Source of the DNA: Verrucomicrobiota bacterium
GTDB taxonomy: Bacteria; Verrucomicrobiota; Verrucomicrobiia; Limisphaerales; AAA164-E04
Assembly: GCA_047947115.1 (NCBI GenBank)
Contig: CP170459.1
Coordinates: forward strand, 3,040,001 to 3,104,000
Length of the DNA stretch: 64,000 nt
Direction: 5' to 3'
Every line of letters starts with the position of its first letter. Positions within the stretch are counted from its first letter, which is position 1. Under the pieces are notes generated by a model. That model ran no database searches. It was not told the origin of the DNA and saw only the letters and a list, made by a program, of their open reading frames with translations. The position numbers and the translations under genes are program-made. Below are positions 20,501 to 30,221 of this stretch, piece by piece.

Positions 20501-20678
20501 GATGGCTGACGATCAAATCCGCATAGTAACCGGTGCGCATTCTGAAGTAATCCTGAATCAGGAGGACATTGAAAGCATGCGTCCGGGACAAGTTTCCATT
20601 ATGCCGGCTGGTTTGGACGAGGTCTTATCTCCACAGGAATTATCCGATTTGATGGCATTTTTGAAATCACGAAAGTGA
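17547..20678 (+). CDS. PVC-type heme-binding CxxCH protein (beta-propeller + HEAT repeats + cytochrome c)
   Basis: LPDGF.IE.VA start, EDTDGDG repeats, HEAT-like middle, CSACH, GPDLT.IG, S.MP.GL. Confidence 0.92.
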   Translation: MNPHQDGYGHRALRLSCIVFFSTQLIGLGATQQIGIHEFTLPDGFVIERVAGSPLVERPIVADYDDQGRLYVADSSGSNDKVQQQLEDKPHRIVRLEDTDGDGVFDQSVVFAEDLMFPEGVLYHDGAIYCGAPPEIWKLEDTDGDGVCDQREVWFDAKTLTGCANDIHGPYLGKDGWIYWAKGAFAEQTHTLFNGQTIRDSAAHIFRCLPDLSEFDSVMSGGMDNPIEVVFDDAGEVFFTTTFYAHPRGGKRDALVHALYGGVYPKEHGVLDGLTLTGAYLPAMTHLGPAAPSGLARYESAVFGDNFHGNLFSTQFNLRKVQRHQLIPDGATFRTLDSDFVVSSHHDFHPTDVLEAGDGSLLVVDTGGWYKLCCPTSQLYKPDVLGAIYRVRKVGQPAFANPFGNDMEWRSIHVFQLIALLDDPRPQVRERAIQALVKIGEAAVAPLSTTLLSEQSTLVAKQHAIWSLTRMDSKNARAAVRRMLREREPRLVRTALHSVNVRRDKEAVGDLLTLIGHQDPHIARKAVEAIGRIGESQLSDALLSRVHHVYDRSHEHALVFALIQSGAHPDSLKKVMHEEENEALRRVALLALSQIAAEQLAAGEVAELFGSESDILKETALWVAGFHPEWGGELADHFARQLQHASSDAERISELASQVNLFVSNPSVQQRLAALLVDSDISLDVKEAVLKIMQSGNLRQVPASWVKSAANVLVNESSELKQLAVETLNHWPLNDSHAATLIPVTTAIDAIQPESGAYRLQVLGILAQLQKELNDEQIAQLTSQFRKSDDNALRDQVVDTLRACRLSTTQLRSVLPVFDQSGPLQLASLVELFHGAALSELGMSLMDRLDTAPAKSSVRPDLLLYAIESFPDEVKARARAWLQSMEIDLDGQRAKLDALAASLPPGDVRRGQAVFKHESTACSACHQVGYVGGQVGPDLTRIGSVRTERDLLEAIVFPSASFVRSYEPMMVETKDGELYSGVMHLMADDQIRIVTGAHSEVILNQEDIESMRPGQVSIMPAGLDEVLSPQELSDLMAFLKSRK

Positions 20679-20700
20679 TTGGGAATGCCAGGGACAACAA

Positions 20701-20810
20701 AGGGGTAAACTCCGTCTGACGCCCACTTCAAACCCCGGAGCTGTGGAAGCTTTTTCACGCAGCAAAGGAAATATCTCGGTCATTCGTGTAACGACAGAAT
20801 TCCCGCGTTC
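20701..20810 (+). repeat. Dispersed intergenic repeat family A, copy 1
   Basis: Aligns over about 110 bp with 29901-30012 and over about 35 bp with 48952-48990. Confidence 0.75.
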
Positions 20811-20882
20811 GAAGTCGTTTGGTCAGGTTATAGTGATTGCCAAAAGCATTTGCGCATAAGGGCTCGCTGTTGCTTCTTTTGC

Positions 20883-20918
20883 TCACGCCCGCTTCGCTAG
20901 GGACGCGGAGACGCGGAG
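20883..20918 (+). repeat. Dispersed repeat family B, copy 1
   Basis: TCACGCCCGCTTCGCT...GACGCGG shared with 33424-33459. Confidence 0.7.
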
Positions 20919-21214
20919 ATTTTTCTGAAATTACTTTTGGCTAACGGTATCATTGTTTTGGCGAAAACTTGTGATAGGGATTAGGCCTCCTATTCATTTT
21001 TGTGGTCTCGAATATTGACCGGAGTATTTCGTTGAGCTAGATTTGCTAACTGCTTGATCGTGCGAACAGGTCCCGCCTGAGTGCCTGTTCTGACATCGAG
21101 TGATCTGGGTGTACTGATAACCGTTTCGAGGAAATCACCTGAAAAGCATTATTTGATTTGTTTTCCCTTTAATCAAAGGGAAGCGATTCGCCGCGCTTGG
21201 AAGGATTGAATAAT

Positions 21215-21580
21215 ATGAAGAATCGAATACGCCAGACATGGATTTATCAGGTCAATGGGCAAACATTAGAACACCCTCCCCGGGGTAATGTGGTTTATGA
21301 ATCGCCACCCGAAGCCGAACCTTTGTCCAGGCTGCAAATGAAGAAGAAGTTATTGATATTTCTGGGCATTCTAATGGTCTCAGCGATATCCGTGCAGGTG
21401 ATGTTTTGGTTGGCGGGTGACAATGGTCGTTACGATCAGGAGGTTTTCAAAACCGATCTGACTCAGATATCGGTTTATTATCGCAAACTTGTTTCAAAGG
21501 ATCCGCCGCCGGGCGTATCAGCTGAAGTCGACGTCGGCAAGCAGAAGGAGGGAGTGGTTCAGCATCATCCATCAGAATGA
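21215..21580 (+). CDS. Single-pass membrane protein, hypothetical
   Basis: KKK followed by hydrophobic helix; AAGGA upstream. Confidence 0.5.
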   Translation: MKNRIRQTWIYQVNGQTLEHPPRGNVVYESPPEAEPLSRLQMKKKLLIFLGILMVSAISVQVMFWLAGDNGRYDQEVFKTDLTQISVYYRKLVSKDPPPGVSAEVDVGKQKEGVVQHHPSE

Positions 21581-21612
21581 TCCGTGTAGAAGGAGGACGG
21601 AACTTGCCTCGT

Positions 21613-21948
21613 TCATTGAAGCATTTGTTGGATGCTCAACAGCAGATTTTTCAACCAATGGAATTGGATGATTTTTTCCGAGTAAGCCCAAAAGCTTGCC
21701 GCAAAGAAGGTGTAACCCAGTATCCAGCTGAAGCACATTCTCTTTTCTCGTTTTGTGCGGGTAAATTTCCAATAGATCACGGCATTGACGATCCATCCCA
21801 ATCCAATGCCACTCAATGCCAGCATATGCCAGATCGGTCTTGACGCGATTTGTAAAGACCCGAATCGGAGTGAACTGATGGCCGGAACTCCAATAAAGAT
21901 GATCACCAACCATATTCCATTTCCCAGTTGAATCAGCCAGGATTTCAT
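21613..21948 (-). CDS. Small multi-TM membrane protein, hypothetical
   Basis: Three hydrophobic segments; ATG 21948. Confidence 0.6.
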   Translation of the reverse strand: MKSWLIQLGNGIWLVIIFIGVPAISSLRFGSLQIASRPIWHMLALSGIGLGWIVNAVIYWKFTRTKREKRMCFSWILGYTFFAASFWAYSEKIIQFHWLKNLLLSIQQMLQ

Positions 21949-21972
21949 TTTCGGGGAAGAAGGAGCAAACGT

Positions 21973-22007
21973 AAAAAAGGCGGATGACCTCAAGTCACCC
22001 GCCTTTT
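21973..22007 (-). terminator. Intrinsic terminator after secretin gene
   Basis: AAAAAA-GGCGGATGAC-ctcaa-GTCACCCGCC-TTTT. Confidence 0.75.
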
Positions 22008-22023
22008 CAGTAAAAAAAACGTG

Positions 22024-24582
22024 TTATCGCTTACCTCTTTTTTTGGTTTTGAGTAATTTTTCCGAGCGTTCCTGTGCGTCCTCTTTCAGGTCCTCTTCGA
22101 GATTCCGGATGCCAGGCAATGCCTCGCGTTCTTCCTGAGCCACAATGGCGGCTTCTTCGGGGGTTTCCAGAACCGTTGCCCGAAGCAGAATGATGAGTTC
22201 TGTCATGTCATTACTATCTGATTTGGAGCGAAACAAGCCTCCCAGCAGGGGAATGTCTTTGAGGATGGGGACACCAGACTTGCTCTTGTTCTTGGTTTGC
22301 TTGATGAACCCGCCCAGCATGATTGTGTCGCCATCTCTCACGGACAAGGTGGCCTGTGCGGCGCGTTGGTTCACGACCGGGTTCGGGTTGCCGTCAATGA
22401 TGACATCTCCGCCACGTTGATCCACGTTTTGGCTGATTTCCATGACGATGTATCCTTCCGGTGTGATGAAAGGTTGGACAGAAAGCTGGATGCCGATATT
22501 GATGTATTGAACAAAAGACTGGCTGCCGACCGAGCTGAAACCTCCCGTGAAACCACCGGTGACAATCGGTACGCTTTCGCCTAGAGTAAAGAAGCCGGGG
22601 ATACCATGAGACGTTTGGATGCGCGGGCGCTGCACGACCTGTACGGAGCGGTCGTTTGCGATGGCCGAAACGGCCACGTTTAGCGAGTCATTATATTGGC
22701 CGAAGTAGCTGAAACCGCCAGGCAGTCCTCCGAAGCCATTGGTGGAGGTTCCTCCCAGGTAGTTTGAGCCAGTATCGAGATTGGAATTATTGGACATGGC
22801 CCCGCCATAGGTGAATTTCCCTGAGTTTTTGGGGTTCTGAGCCATGCTTACGCCGACAGTTTGATCATCCCCGATGCCGACTTCCAGTACGATGGCTTCG
22901 ATCAGCACCTGCGCCAACAAAACGTCCACTTTGGAAACCATGTTGGTGATCATGGTCAGGTCCTGCTTGTTGGCGAAAATCAGAAGCGAATTGGATCGTT
23001 CGTCCGGGACAATGCGGGCGTTGGCCAGCAGTTCGATTTCCTCTTCGCCGTCCGCCGCACGATCGATGACCTGGCGCAACCGGTCCTGGAAACTGCTGCG
23101 ATTGCTGGTGGTGGAGCTGCGATTGACGGCAACCGGAGTGGAGGCCTGGTAGGGGCGATAGCCGCCACCAAAACCACCCCCGAAACTGCTTCCGTAACCC
23201 CCTCCAAAACCTCCCATGGATGACCTGCCAAACGATGACGAACGACCTCCCAGTCCACCCCCAAATCCACCCATGCCACCGCCGAATCCGGAATTGATCC
23301 CACCACCGAATCCGGAATTAAATCCTGAACCCGTGTTGCCCGCACCCGTGCCGGTTCCCGCTGCGGCACCTCCTCCGCTGATGAGCGCCGCCATGGTGTT
23401 GTATAATTCGCCGACCTTTCCATAGCGAATGGGGATGACTTCGAGTGAGTAATCCAGTTCGGGTTCGATGTCGATTTTTTCGATGACCTGTAACATTTGT
23501 TTAATGTTTACGGCATAGTCATGGATAATCAGGATCTGCGTGGAATCGATGGGGATCAACCCGTCCGGGTTGGCGCTCATCGGAGCCAGGATCTCGGCGA
23601 CTTCGGATGGAGCGGATGAATTGAGCTTGATGGTTCGAGTCAGGAACATGCCGGAATCCGGAATCTGGGATGCATCTTCCGAAGTGGCTTCCGGTGCATG
23701 TTGCATGGCTTCCTCTTTCGGGACAGCCTTGACGAATTTTTCTCCCATGGGAACCATGACTACATTTGCCAGGGCAAGACTTGTCGTGATGGCTTCGATG
23801 GCCTCTTCGGTGGTGAGTTCAACACCCGCCGCGGTTACCAGATTCACCGTGCCCTCGAGGGTCGGGGCGTAAAGGACCATTTTGCCGGTCAATTCACTAT
23901 AAATGGTGAAAATCGGCTCCAGCGGCATGGCTGGGAAGTTGAAGGTGTGCATGTTTGGTACCTCCGCGTCTGCTCCGGCCGCTTTACCCCCGGCAGCCGC
24001 CAAAAGTCCGGCGATGTCCGGAATGCCGTTCTGCGAACCGGCGTTTCCGGTGCTTGTGGTGTTGGCGTTGTTCCCTGCTGCAGTGCCACCCGGTGCCGGA
24101 ATGGTTCCTGTGGAACCTATGTTCGGGACGCCTTGTCGCAAAGGGACGTTGTTACCAGGAACAGGCTGCGGTGTGGTGCGGTTGCTGCTGCCGGTGGTTC
24201 CCAAACTTGGAATGGTTGCGGGTGGTCGGCGTGTCACGTTATTCGTGTTTACGGCAGAGGTGCCGGTTGATCCGGAGCCCGTGATGGATGGGAGTCGTGT
24301 GAGTGGTTTCGGGATTGCAGAAGGCGAAACCAAAGGTGTGGCTGAAGAATCGTCTTCCTCCGCAGCGGCGGACGCTTCCTCGGTGGATTCCGCCAAAGGC
24401 TTCAGGGGTTGGTTGATGTTCTTATCCTGTTGCATGGCCTGACGCAGGACGGCTCTCAACCTGGCGTCCAGTTCCTCGGGGCTTTGCCCGCGGACAGGGA
24501 GGGTCAGGATGGGGAGGAGCAACAACAGCCAAGCGTGGCGGATGCTTGCTGTGCGGAGTGATTTATAAATTGGACGAGACAT
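22024..24582 (-). CDS. gspD: Type II secretion secretin GspD-like
   Basis: Signal peptide after ATG 24582; N domains, IVPDERSNSLL, QVLIEAIVLEV, DG.T..LGG, SGVPILKDIPLLGGLFRS; start could extend to 24702. Confidence 0.92.
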   Translation of the reverse strand: MSRPIYKSLRTASIRHAWLLLLLPILTLPVRGQSPEELDARLRAVLRQAMQQDKNINQPLKPLAESTEEASAAAEEDDSSATPLVSPSAIPKPLTRLPSITGSGSTGTSAVNTNNVTRRPPATIPSLGTTGSSNRTTPQPVPGNNVPLRQGVPNIGSTGTIPAPGGTAAGNNANTTSTGNAGSQNGIPDIAGLLAAAGGKAAGADAEVPNMHTFNFPAMPLEPIFTIYSELTGKMVLYAPTLEGTVNLVTAAGVELTTEEAIEAITTSLALANVVMVPMGEKFVKAVPKEEAMQHAPEATSEDASQIPDSGMFLTRTIKLNSSAPSEVAEILAPMSANPDGLIPIDSTQILIIHDYAVNIKQMLQVIEKIDIEPELDYSLEVIPIRYGKVGELYNTMAALISGGGAAAGTGTGAGNTGSGFNSGFGGGINSGFGGGMGGFGGGLGGRSSSFGRSSMGGFGGGYGSSFGGGFGGGYRPYQASTPVAVNRSSTTSNRSSFQDRLRQVIDRAADGEEEIELLANARIVPDERSNSLLIFANKQDLTMITNMVSKVDVLLAQVLIEAIVLEVGIGDDQTVGVSMAQNPKNSGKFTYGGAMSNNSNLDTGSNYLGGTSTNGFGGLPGGFSYFGQYNDSLNVAVSAIANDRSVQVVQRPRIQTSHGIPGFFTLGESVPIVTGGFTGGFSSVGSQSFVQYINIGIQLSVQPFITPEGYIVMEISQNVDQRGGDVIIDGNPNPVVNQRAAQATLSVRDGDTIMLGGFIKQTKNKSKSGVPILKDIPLLGGLFRSKSDSNDMTELIILLRATVLETPEEAAIVAQEEREALPGIRNLEEDLKEDAQERSEKLLKTKKRGKR

Positions 24583-24723
24583 GATCCTGGATGGATATGG
24601 ATTCGGGTTGAGCTTGTTCCTGGCTGGAATGTTCTGGCTGGCGGTCATGCTTTTTTTCGAATCCTCGGTTTTGTTTTTTAATGTTTTGGCGGTTTTGCTC
24701 AAATGATTATTTGTTTCAACACT

Positions 24724-25296
24724 TTATTCTTCCGAAGGTTGCTTTTGATAATTGGCAACCAGTGTCATGTTGCAGGTTAATTCGGAGTTTTGTGGTGGCT
24801 TTGGTTTCAAATCCAGGTCATGTACTCGGACCATGGATTCGCCTGAGCCGATCGAAACAAGAAAGTCGATGAGTTCCATATCGTCGGTTGTCACGGTCAG
24901 GCGGTATGCCTTTTGATCGAAGAAGACGTTGTTGGTGCTGTGATCATTGGAAATACGGACCGGACTGATGTTTGGTGTGGGCAGTTTGCTTCGACGGGCC
25001 TGGTCCTGGATGAGGCGGATCAAATCATTCGCCTGGGATTCGGTCGAGACATTCGAGCCAATCCCTTCCAGTTCCGTCAGCTTTGCCTTGAATTGAGTTG
25101 ATTTGCTGATCAGGCGGTTGTAGGAGGCAATTTTCTGACGGGCTTGTTCCATTTTCTGTCCCATCTCACCCCAGTCACTGAAACGCGGCCAGACGAGGGC
25201 CATGTTCAGGATGATAAACACCACCAGACCAACGACCACAACCAATCGTCGTTCAAAGGCGCTCAGATTATAACGATCGAAAAAGGCTTGCATCAC
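24724..25296 (-). CDS. GspM/PilO-like alignment protein
   Basis: LSAFERRL + TM + coiled coil + ferredoxin-like C-terminus; operon context. Confidence 0.75.
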   Translation of the reverse strand: MMQAFFDRYNLSAFERRLVVVVGLVVFIILNMALVWPRFSDWGEMGQKMEQARQKIASYNRLISKSTQFKAKLTELEGIGSNVSTESQANDLIRLIQDQARRSKLPTPNISPVRISNDHSTNNVFFDQKAYRLTVTTDDMELIDFLVSIGSGESMVRVHDLDLKPKPPQNSELTCNMTLVANYQKQPSEE

Positions 25297-26726
25297 TCGA
25301 ATCCTGATCTTCTCAGTTCACAATTAAAACTCCAGGTGGACATTTCGGATGTATCTCCGCGTCGACGTCCGGAAATGGCGCTGATGGTCGGGTCGCTGAC
25401 ACTTGAGAACAATGGCTTGTCGGCAACGGTGGCCGCAATCAAAGCTTCATGGTAGTCCGTCACCTTGTGGGATTGGTCCGTCGGGACGTTTCCGCGCAAG
25501 GTCAAAACCTTTCCCTGTCGAAAGTTGAAGGACAAAAGGGACAAACCGTCCGGCATCAGTTCGGAAATGACACGCAGGCTGTCCAGTGCCGAATACTTGA
25601 GGTCGACCTGTTCCTGTAGAATCTGGACTTTGGCCTGAAGCTCCATGGTATTGGTGTAGGAGTTGGCCTTGCTGCGCATGACGGTTTGCAACTCGATGCT
25701 TTCGCCGCGTCTCCATTCAAGTGCCACGAAGTAGAACAGAACGGCGAAAATGTAGACCAGCAGGACTCCTCCCAGACTGCTCATCCATAAGCCATCGACG
25801 TATTGTTGGCGGTATTTGGTCCGGATCTCGGACGGCATCAGATTGGCATTGCAACGGCTGCGTGTGGCGCGTTCGGCGCTTTCCTGGGCCAGTTCGTCGA
25901 TGCTTGCCGGGGTGGATGTTTCAATCCCCTTGGAAGACCAGCCTTGCAAAGCATCCTGCCAGGCGGCTGGAACTTGTTCATGACCGACCAGGCGAATCAC
26001 GGGCGCTTCCTGCATCCAGCCCTCCAGTTCACCAACCCAGGCAGTGTTGTTGAGATTGTCGATGATCAGCTTGGCTCCATGATCGGTCTTGGGAAGAGTG
26101 GTCAGTCCCACGTGTTGGGTCCATCCGTTGAAATGCCATGAGATCAGACAGTCGCAGGTATTCTCATTCCGTTCGATTACCTCGATCCGCACACGGTCGC
26201 CGTCTATCGGATCCGAAGCCAAAGCGTGCAGCCGGGGAAATTCGATGCGGTCCGACTGATAGCCCACCTGTTCCAGATCCCCGAGCAATGTTTCGATGGC
26301 CGAGCGTTCCGCCAACACCAGAAGGACGGTTTGTTGTGCCGGATCAGGGCAGGGGAGTGTTTCAAAGGTCCACACGATTTGTCCCACGGGAACGGGACTG
26401 AGTTTTTCGAGCTGAAACTCGAGCATCTGCCGGGTTTCAGCAAGGTCCTCACCTTTGGGGAGGTGAACAATGCGCAGGAAAATGTGCTCGGCGGGCAGCC
26501 AGGCGATGTTCAGTCGTTTGTGGAGAAATTGCCGCCAGGTTTGTTCGATCTGCCGTGGTGGCAGGGGCGTTTCTTCCGAGTGCTTCAGCTTGGATTTCTG
26601 GGCAACCTGTTTTTCTGAAACACTGAAATACCAGAGCTGTTTGGCGTCAGGGGTGACATGCATGACATTGCAGTCGGTCCACTTCTGCTTGCGCGCTTTT
26701 TTCTTTTTTTTGGGAGAGGTTGCCAT
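25293..26726 (-). CDS. GspL/PilM-PilN-like protein
   Basis: Cytoplasmic actin-like region, NLMP motif before TM, coiled coil, SELMPDGL..L.LRG periplasmic domain. Confidence 0.8.
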   Translation of the reverse strand: MATSPKKKKKARKQKWTDCNVMHVTPDAKQLWYFSVSEKQVAQKSKLKHSEETPLPPRQIEQTWRQFLHKRLNIAWLPAEHIFLRIVHLPKGEDLAETRQMLEFQLEKLSPVPVGQIVWTFETLPCPDPAQQTVLLVLAERSAIETLLGDLEQVGYQSDRIEFPRLHALASDPIDGDRVRIEVIERNENTCDCLISWHFNGWTQHVGLTTLPKTDHGAKLIIDNLNNTAWVGELEGWMQEAPVIRLVGHEQVPAAWQDALQGWSSKGIETSTPASIDELAQESAERATRSRCNANLMPSEIRTKYRQQYVDGLWMSSLGGVLLVYIFAVLFYFVALEWRRGESIELQTVMRSKANSYTNTMELQAKVQILQEQVDLKYSALDSLRVISELMPDGLSLLSFNFRQGKVLTLRGNVPTDQSHKVTDYHEALIAATVADKPLFSSVSDPTISAISGRRRGDTSEMSTWSFNCELRRSGFE

Positions 26727-26752
26727 GAAAGGGGTTTCGACTGTGTCAGTGA

Positions 26753-28480
26753 TTAATCCGCCAGTAACTCCATATGTTCTTCGCTTTGAGTCACTCGAAG
26801 CACTTCTTCAATGGTGGTGACACCATTCTTGACCTTGTCCCATCCGTCCATACGGAGTGTGCTCATTCCTTGTTCCATGGCTTTTTGGGCCAGAGTGGAT
26901 GCGGCGGAGCGATTGAGGATAAGTGGTCTCAACGCTTCGGTCAGCACGAGCAGTTCGTAGATGGCGATACGTCCCTGATATCCGAGTTGGTGGCATGTTT
27001 CGCATCCGGCGCCGTAATAAAATTTGGCCTTACCGATGTCTTCTTCGGGAAAGCCGATTTTGCGGAGGTATGTTTCATCGACTTTTTGTTCGGTTTTGCA
27101 TTCTTTGCAGATGGTTCTGACCAGTCGTTGAGCCATGACCGCTTCGACCGAGGATGCGACCAGGAAGGGTTCGATGCCCATGTCGATCAGTCGGGTAAAA
27201 GCGCTGGGTGCGTCGTTCGTATGCAGGGTGCTGAAGACCAAGTGACCGGTCAAGGCGGCTCGGATGGCGATTTCAGCCGTTTCAAGATCTCGAATTTCCC
27301 CGACCATGACTACGTTGGGGTCCTGACGCAGGATGTGGCGCAATCCCATGGCAAAGGTCAAACCGATGTCTGAACGCACTGGAATCTGGTTGATGCCCTT
27401 CAATTCATATTCCACCGGATCTTCGATGGTGATGATGCGTTTCTGAACGGAATTGATGGTGCTTAGAAACGCGTATAGCGAGGTGGATTTACCCGAACCG
27501 GTCGGTCCGGTCACCAGAATGATGCCGTGTGGTTTGACGATGAGTTCCCTGAGGGCGGATTCGTGATCGGGATCGAATCCCAACTTGTCCAAACTCAGGA
27601 AAATCTTTCCGCGAGTCAGGAGGCGCAGGGAAACACTTTCACCGTAAACCGTTGGAACCGTGGAAACACGGATGTCGATTTCCTCGCCCTTGATGCGGAC
27701 ATTGATACGACCGTCCTGGGGGAGCCGTTTTTCCGCGATGTCCATGCCCGCCATGACTTTAACGCGTGAGATAAGGGCTGACTGAAAGCGTTTCAACTGC
27801 GGCGGCATCGGAGCCTGGTGAAGGATGCCGTCCACTCGGTAACGGATGCGCAACTCATCTTCCGCCGGTTCGAAATGGATATCTGTGGCACGGTCCTGGA
27901 AGGCTTCCCAGATGATCTGGTTCATGAACTTGATGACGCTGGCTTCCTGGTCGCCATCAGTGATCTCTTTGTCTTCGCCGACAATGAGTTCGAACGGTTC
28001 ATCCTCCTCCAGTTCATCGAGTGTTTCCGCACCCACTCCGTAGTATTTCTTCAGCGCTTTTTCAATTTCCGCTTTAGGGGCCAATCCAAACTGCACCGGC
28101 CCTGAAGCTTCGTATTGAACGGCATTGATCATGCCCGGTTCGAAAGGATTGCTGACTGCGACCAAAAGTTCTCCGTTCTCTTCGGTGGCAGGCATGATGG
28201 AATATTGAAAGGCCACCTTTGTGGAGATGCGCGCCCGGACTTCGGGGGGCACGCTGACATTCTGGAGCTGAATGAAGGGCCAATCCAGGGTTTTGGCCAG
28301 TTGTTCAAGGAATTGCTCCTCGGTGATCCCTTTTTCACGGGAGAAAAATGACAACAAGGAATCGACCGAACCGCCGTCGACTGCGGTCCGCCACTGCTTG
28401 CTCCAGGTGTCAAATTGCTCCGGTGAAACCAGAGAAGCCTGATTGAGAAGCGTTTTAATGGATAGAAAAGGCGTTGCCAT
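26753..28480 (-). CDS. gspE: GspE/PilB secretion ATPase
   Basis: ATDIHFEP, EKRLPQDG, GPTGSGKS Walker A, LRQDPNVVMVGEIRD, TGHLVFSTLHTND, CxxC..CxxC. Confidence 0.95.
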   Translation of the reverse strand: MATPFLSIKTLLNQASLVSPEQFDTWSKQWRTAVDGGSVDSLLSFFSREKGITEEQFLEQLAKTLDWPFIQLQNVSVPPEVRARISTKVAFQYSIMPATEENGELLVAVSNPFEPGMINAVQYEASGPVQFGLAPKAEIEKALKKYYGVGAETLDELEEDEPFELIVGEDKEITDGDQEASVIKFMNQIIWEAFQDRATDIHFEPAEDELRIRYRVDGILHQAPMPPQLKRFQSALISRVKVMAGMDIAEKRLPQDGRINVRIKGEEIDIRVSTVPTVYGESVSLRLLTRGKIFLSLDKLGFDPDHESALRELIVKPHGIILVTGPTGSGKSTSLYAFLSTINSVQKRIITIEDPVEYELKGINQIPVRSDIGLTFAMGLRHILRQDPNVVMVGEIRDLETAEIAIRAALTGHLVFSTLHTNDAPSAFTRLIDMGIEPFLVASSVEAVMAQRLVRTICKECKTEQKVDETYLRKIGFPEEDIGKAKFYYGAGCETCHQLGYQGRIAIYELLVLTEALRPLILNRSAASTLAQKAMEQGMSTLRMDGWDKVKNGVTTIEEVLRVTQSEEHMELLAD

Positions 28481-28615
28481 GAGTTTCTCTACTTGCCCCT
28501 AAAAACGCCGCAAGATAGGGAAAGTTGCGAAGGAGGTCAAAGGAAATGCGGAATCTGTGCTTTGAATGGGGATATTGCTTGCCTCAAACCGGATTTGAAG
28601 GCTCTTATTATTCTC

Positions 28616-29467
28616 ATGGCTTCCATGCATGTCGGAACAATTACGGTGATAGGAAAAGACAAAACCGGAGTAGTAGCTCGGGTCACAAATTTTCTGTTTG
28701 AGCATGGGGCCAACATCGAAGCCCTGGACGAACAGGTTACTCGCGGGCACTTCAGCATGAATCTGCAGGCTTCCTGGCCCGCCAGTCGGTGGTCTCCCAA
28801 AATGATCGAAGCTGGTCTGGCTGATCTGGGGCGCGCCCTGGCCATGGAGATCAAGGTCAAGTTCACATCTCCCAGTGGTCGTAAACGCATGGCCATCTTG
28901 GCTTCCTTGGAGCCTCATGCGCCTGCCGGGATACTTGAGGCGGTTGCCAAGAACACGCTTAAGGCGGATCCGGTCGTTCTGGTATCCAATCACACCGCCA
29001 TGAAATCCCTTGCCAAAAAGCACAAGGTGCCTTTCAAACAGGTGAAATGGGACAATCGAAAACAGGGAGAAGAGGAATCCCTGGCATTGATGGAGCAATA
29101 CGGAGTTGATTTCATTGTGCTGGCCCGGTTCATGAAAATTCTGTCGCCGACCTTTGTGTGGCATTTCAAGAACCGGATTATCAATATTCATCCCTCCTTG
29201 CTTCCCAGTTTCCCGGGACCGCAAGCTTATCGTCAGGCTTATGAGCACGGCGTGAAAATTGCCGGTGTGACCGCTCATTTTGTGAACATGCATCTGGACG
29301 AGGGCCCGATCATCGCCCAGGAATCCTTTGCGATCAAACCAACCATGACGCTGAAAGATGTGGTGGCTGCCGGTCAAAAGTTAGAAACCCGCGTGTTGAT
29401 CCGTGCCGTCCGGCTCTTTTTAAGCAAACGCCTCGATGTGCATTGGGGGACGGTGAAGGAAGTGTGA
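28616..29467 (+). CDS. purU: Formyltetrahydrofolate deformylase
   Basis: N-terminal ACT (GKDKTGVVA), VLARFMKILS, INIHPSLLPSFPG, GVK..G.TAHFV..LDEGPII.Q. Confidence 0.93.
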   Translation: MASMHVGTITVIGKDKTGVVARVTNFLFEHGANIEALDEQVTRGHFSMNLQASWPASRWSPKMIEAGLADLGRALAMEIKVKFTSPSGRKRMAILASLEPHAPAGILEAVAKNTLKADPVVLVSNHTAMKSLAKKHKVPFKQVKWDNRKQGEEESLALMEQYGVDFIVLARFMKILSPTFVWHFKNRIINIHPSLLPSFPGPQAYRQAYEHGVKIAGVTAHFVNMHLDEGPIIAQESFAIKPTMTLKDVVAAGQKLETRVLIRAVRLFLSKRLDVHWGTVKEV

Positions 29468-29473
29468 GCAGTC

Positions 29474-29887
29474 ATGTGGTTCAAACGTCTCATCCGATTG
29501 TTGTGGGCCGTCTTTGGCAGGTTGTTGCTTTACGGGGTGGCGATGATCATCATCCTGAACATGATTGTCCGGCATCAGATGGAACAGCGAGGGCGCTCCT
29601 GGCGTGGTGGTGGAGGCGGAGGATGGCGTCGGAACAATGAACCCACCGACCGTTTTGCGCCCCGTATGAATCGGAAATATGATCTGTCCATTCGTGAGCA
29701 GATTGAGCATTATCCGCTGCACGTTTGCGTGGCGGACGGCAATGCTCTGGATCGATTCGGAGATCCTGTCGACTACGATCACCAGGGAATGGTTGTACGC
29801 TTGTGTTCGGAAGATTGTGTGCGGGAATTCAGAACGGATCCTTCACACTATACGAAGCAACTGTTGGATGCCTCGCTGACCCAGTGA
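29474..29887 (+). CDS. Membrane-anchored YHS-like metal-binding protein
   Basis: TM, Arg/Gly linker, CV.DG...YDHQG..V.LCSEDC..EF..DP..Y. Confidence 0.7.
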   Translation: MWFKRLIRLLWAVFGRLLLYGVAMIIILNMIVRHQMEQRGRSWRGGGGGGWRRNNEPTDRFAPRMNRKYDLSIREQIEHYPLHVCVADGNALDRFGDPVDYDHQGMVVRLCSEDCVREFRTDPSHYTKQLLDASLTQ

Positions 29888-29900
29888 TGATTGATACTCG

Positions 29901-30012
29901 GGAGGGGCAAACTTCTGCTTGAACCCACTTCAAACCTCTGTGCTGTGGACACCTTTTCAAGCTGCAATGGAAGCACCACAGTCATTCGATGAACGATCGT
30001 CTCCCCGCGTTC
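29901..30012 (+). repeat. Dispersed repeat family A, copy 2
   Basis: GGAGGGGCAAACTTCTGCTTGAACCCACTTCAAACC...GCTGTGGA...GTCATTCG..AACGA...CCCGCGTTC. Confidence 0.75.
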
Positions 30013-30221
30013 CATTTCTTTTGCTCAGCAACGTTTTCAAGGGGAAAATTTGGGGCGAGTCCCGTATGCGGGATCTCCCCTCCTTTGAATAAATAGTGAA
30101 CAGTTCCAGGCATGACTGAATCAGGGCTGGTCATGTTTGAAAGTTGTTGGTATAGGGTTGTCGTCCTCTTTGATTGAAATAAAAACCTGCGGGTTGAATT
30201 CCAATGGAAATGGGGGGACAC

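Noticed and set aside
21572..21913. Alternative minus-strand ORF and + strand ORF 21577-21843
   Set aside because: Overlap the 21613-21948 frame, which has a coherent TM pattern
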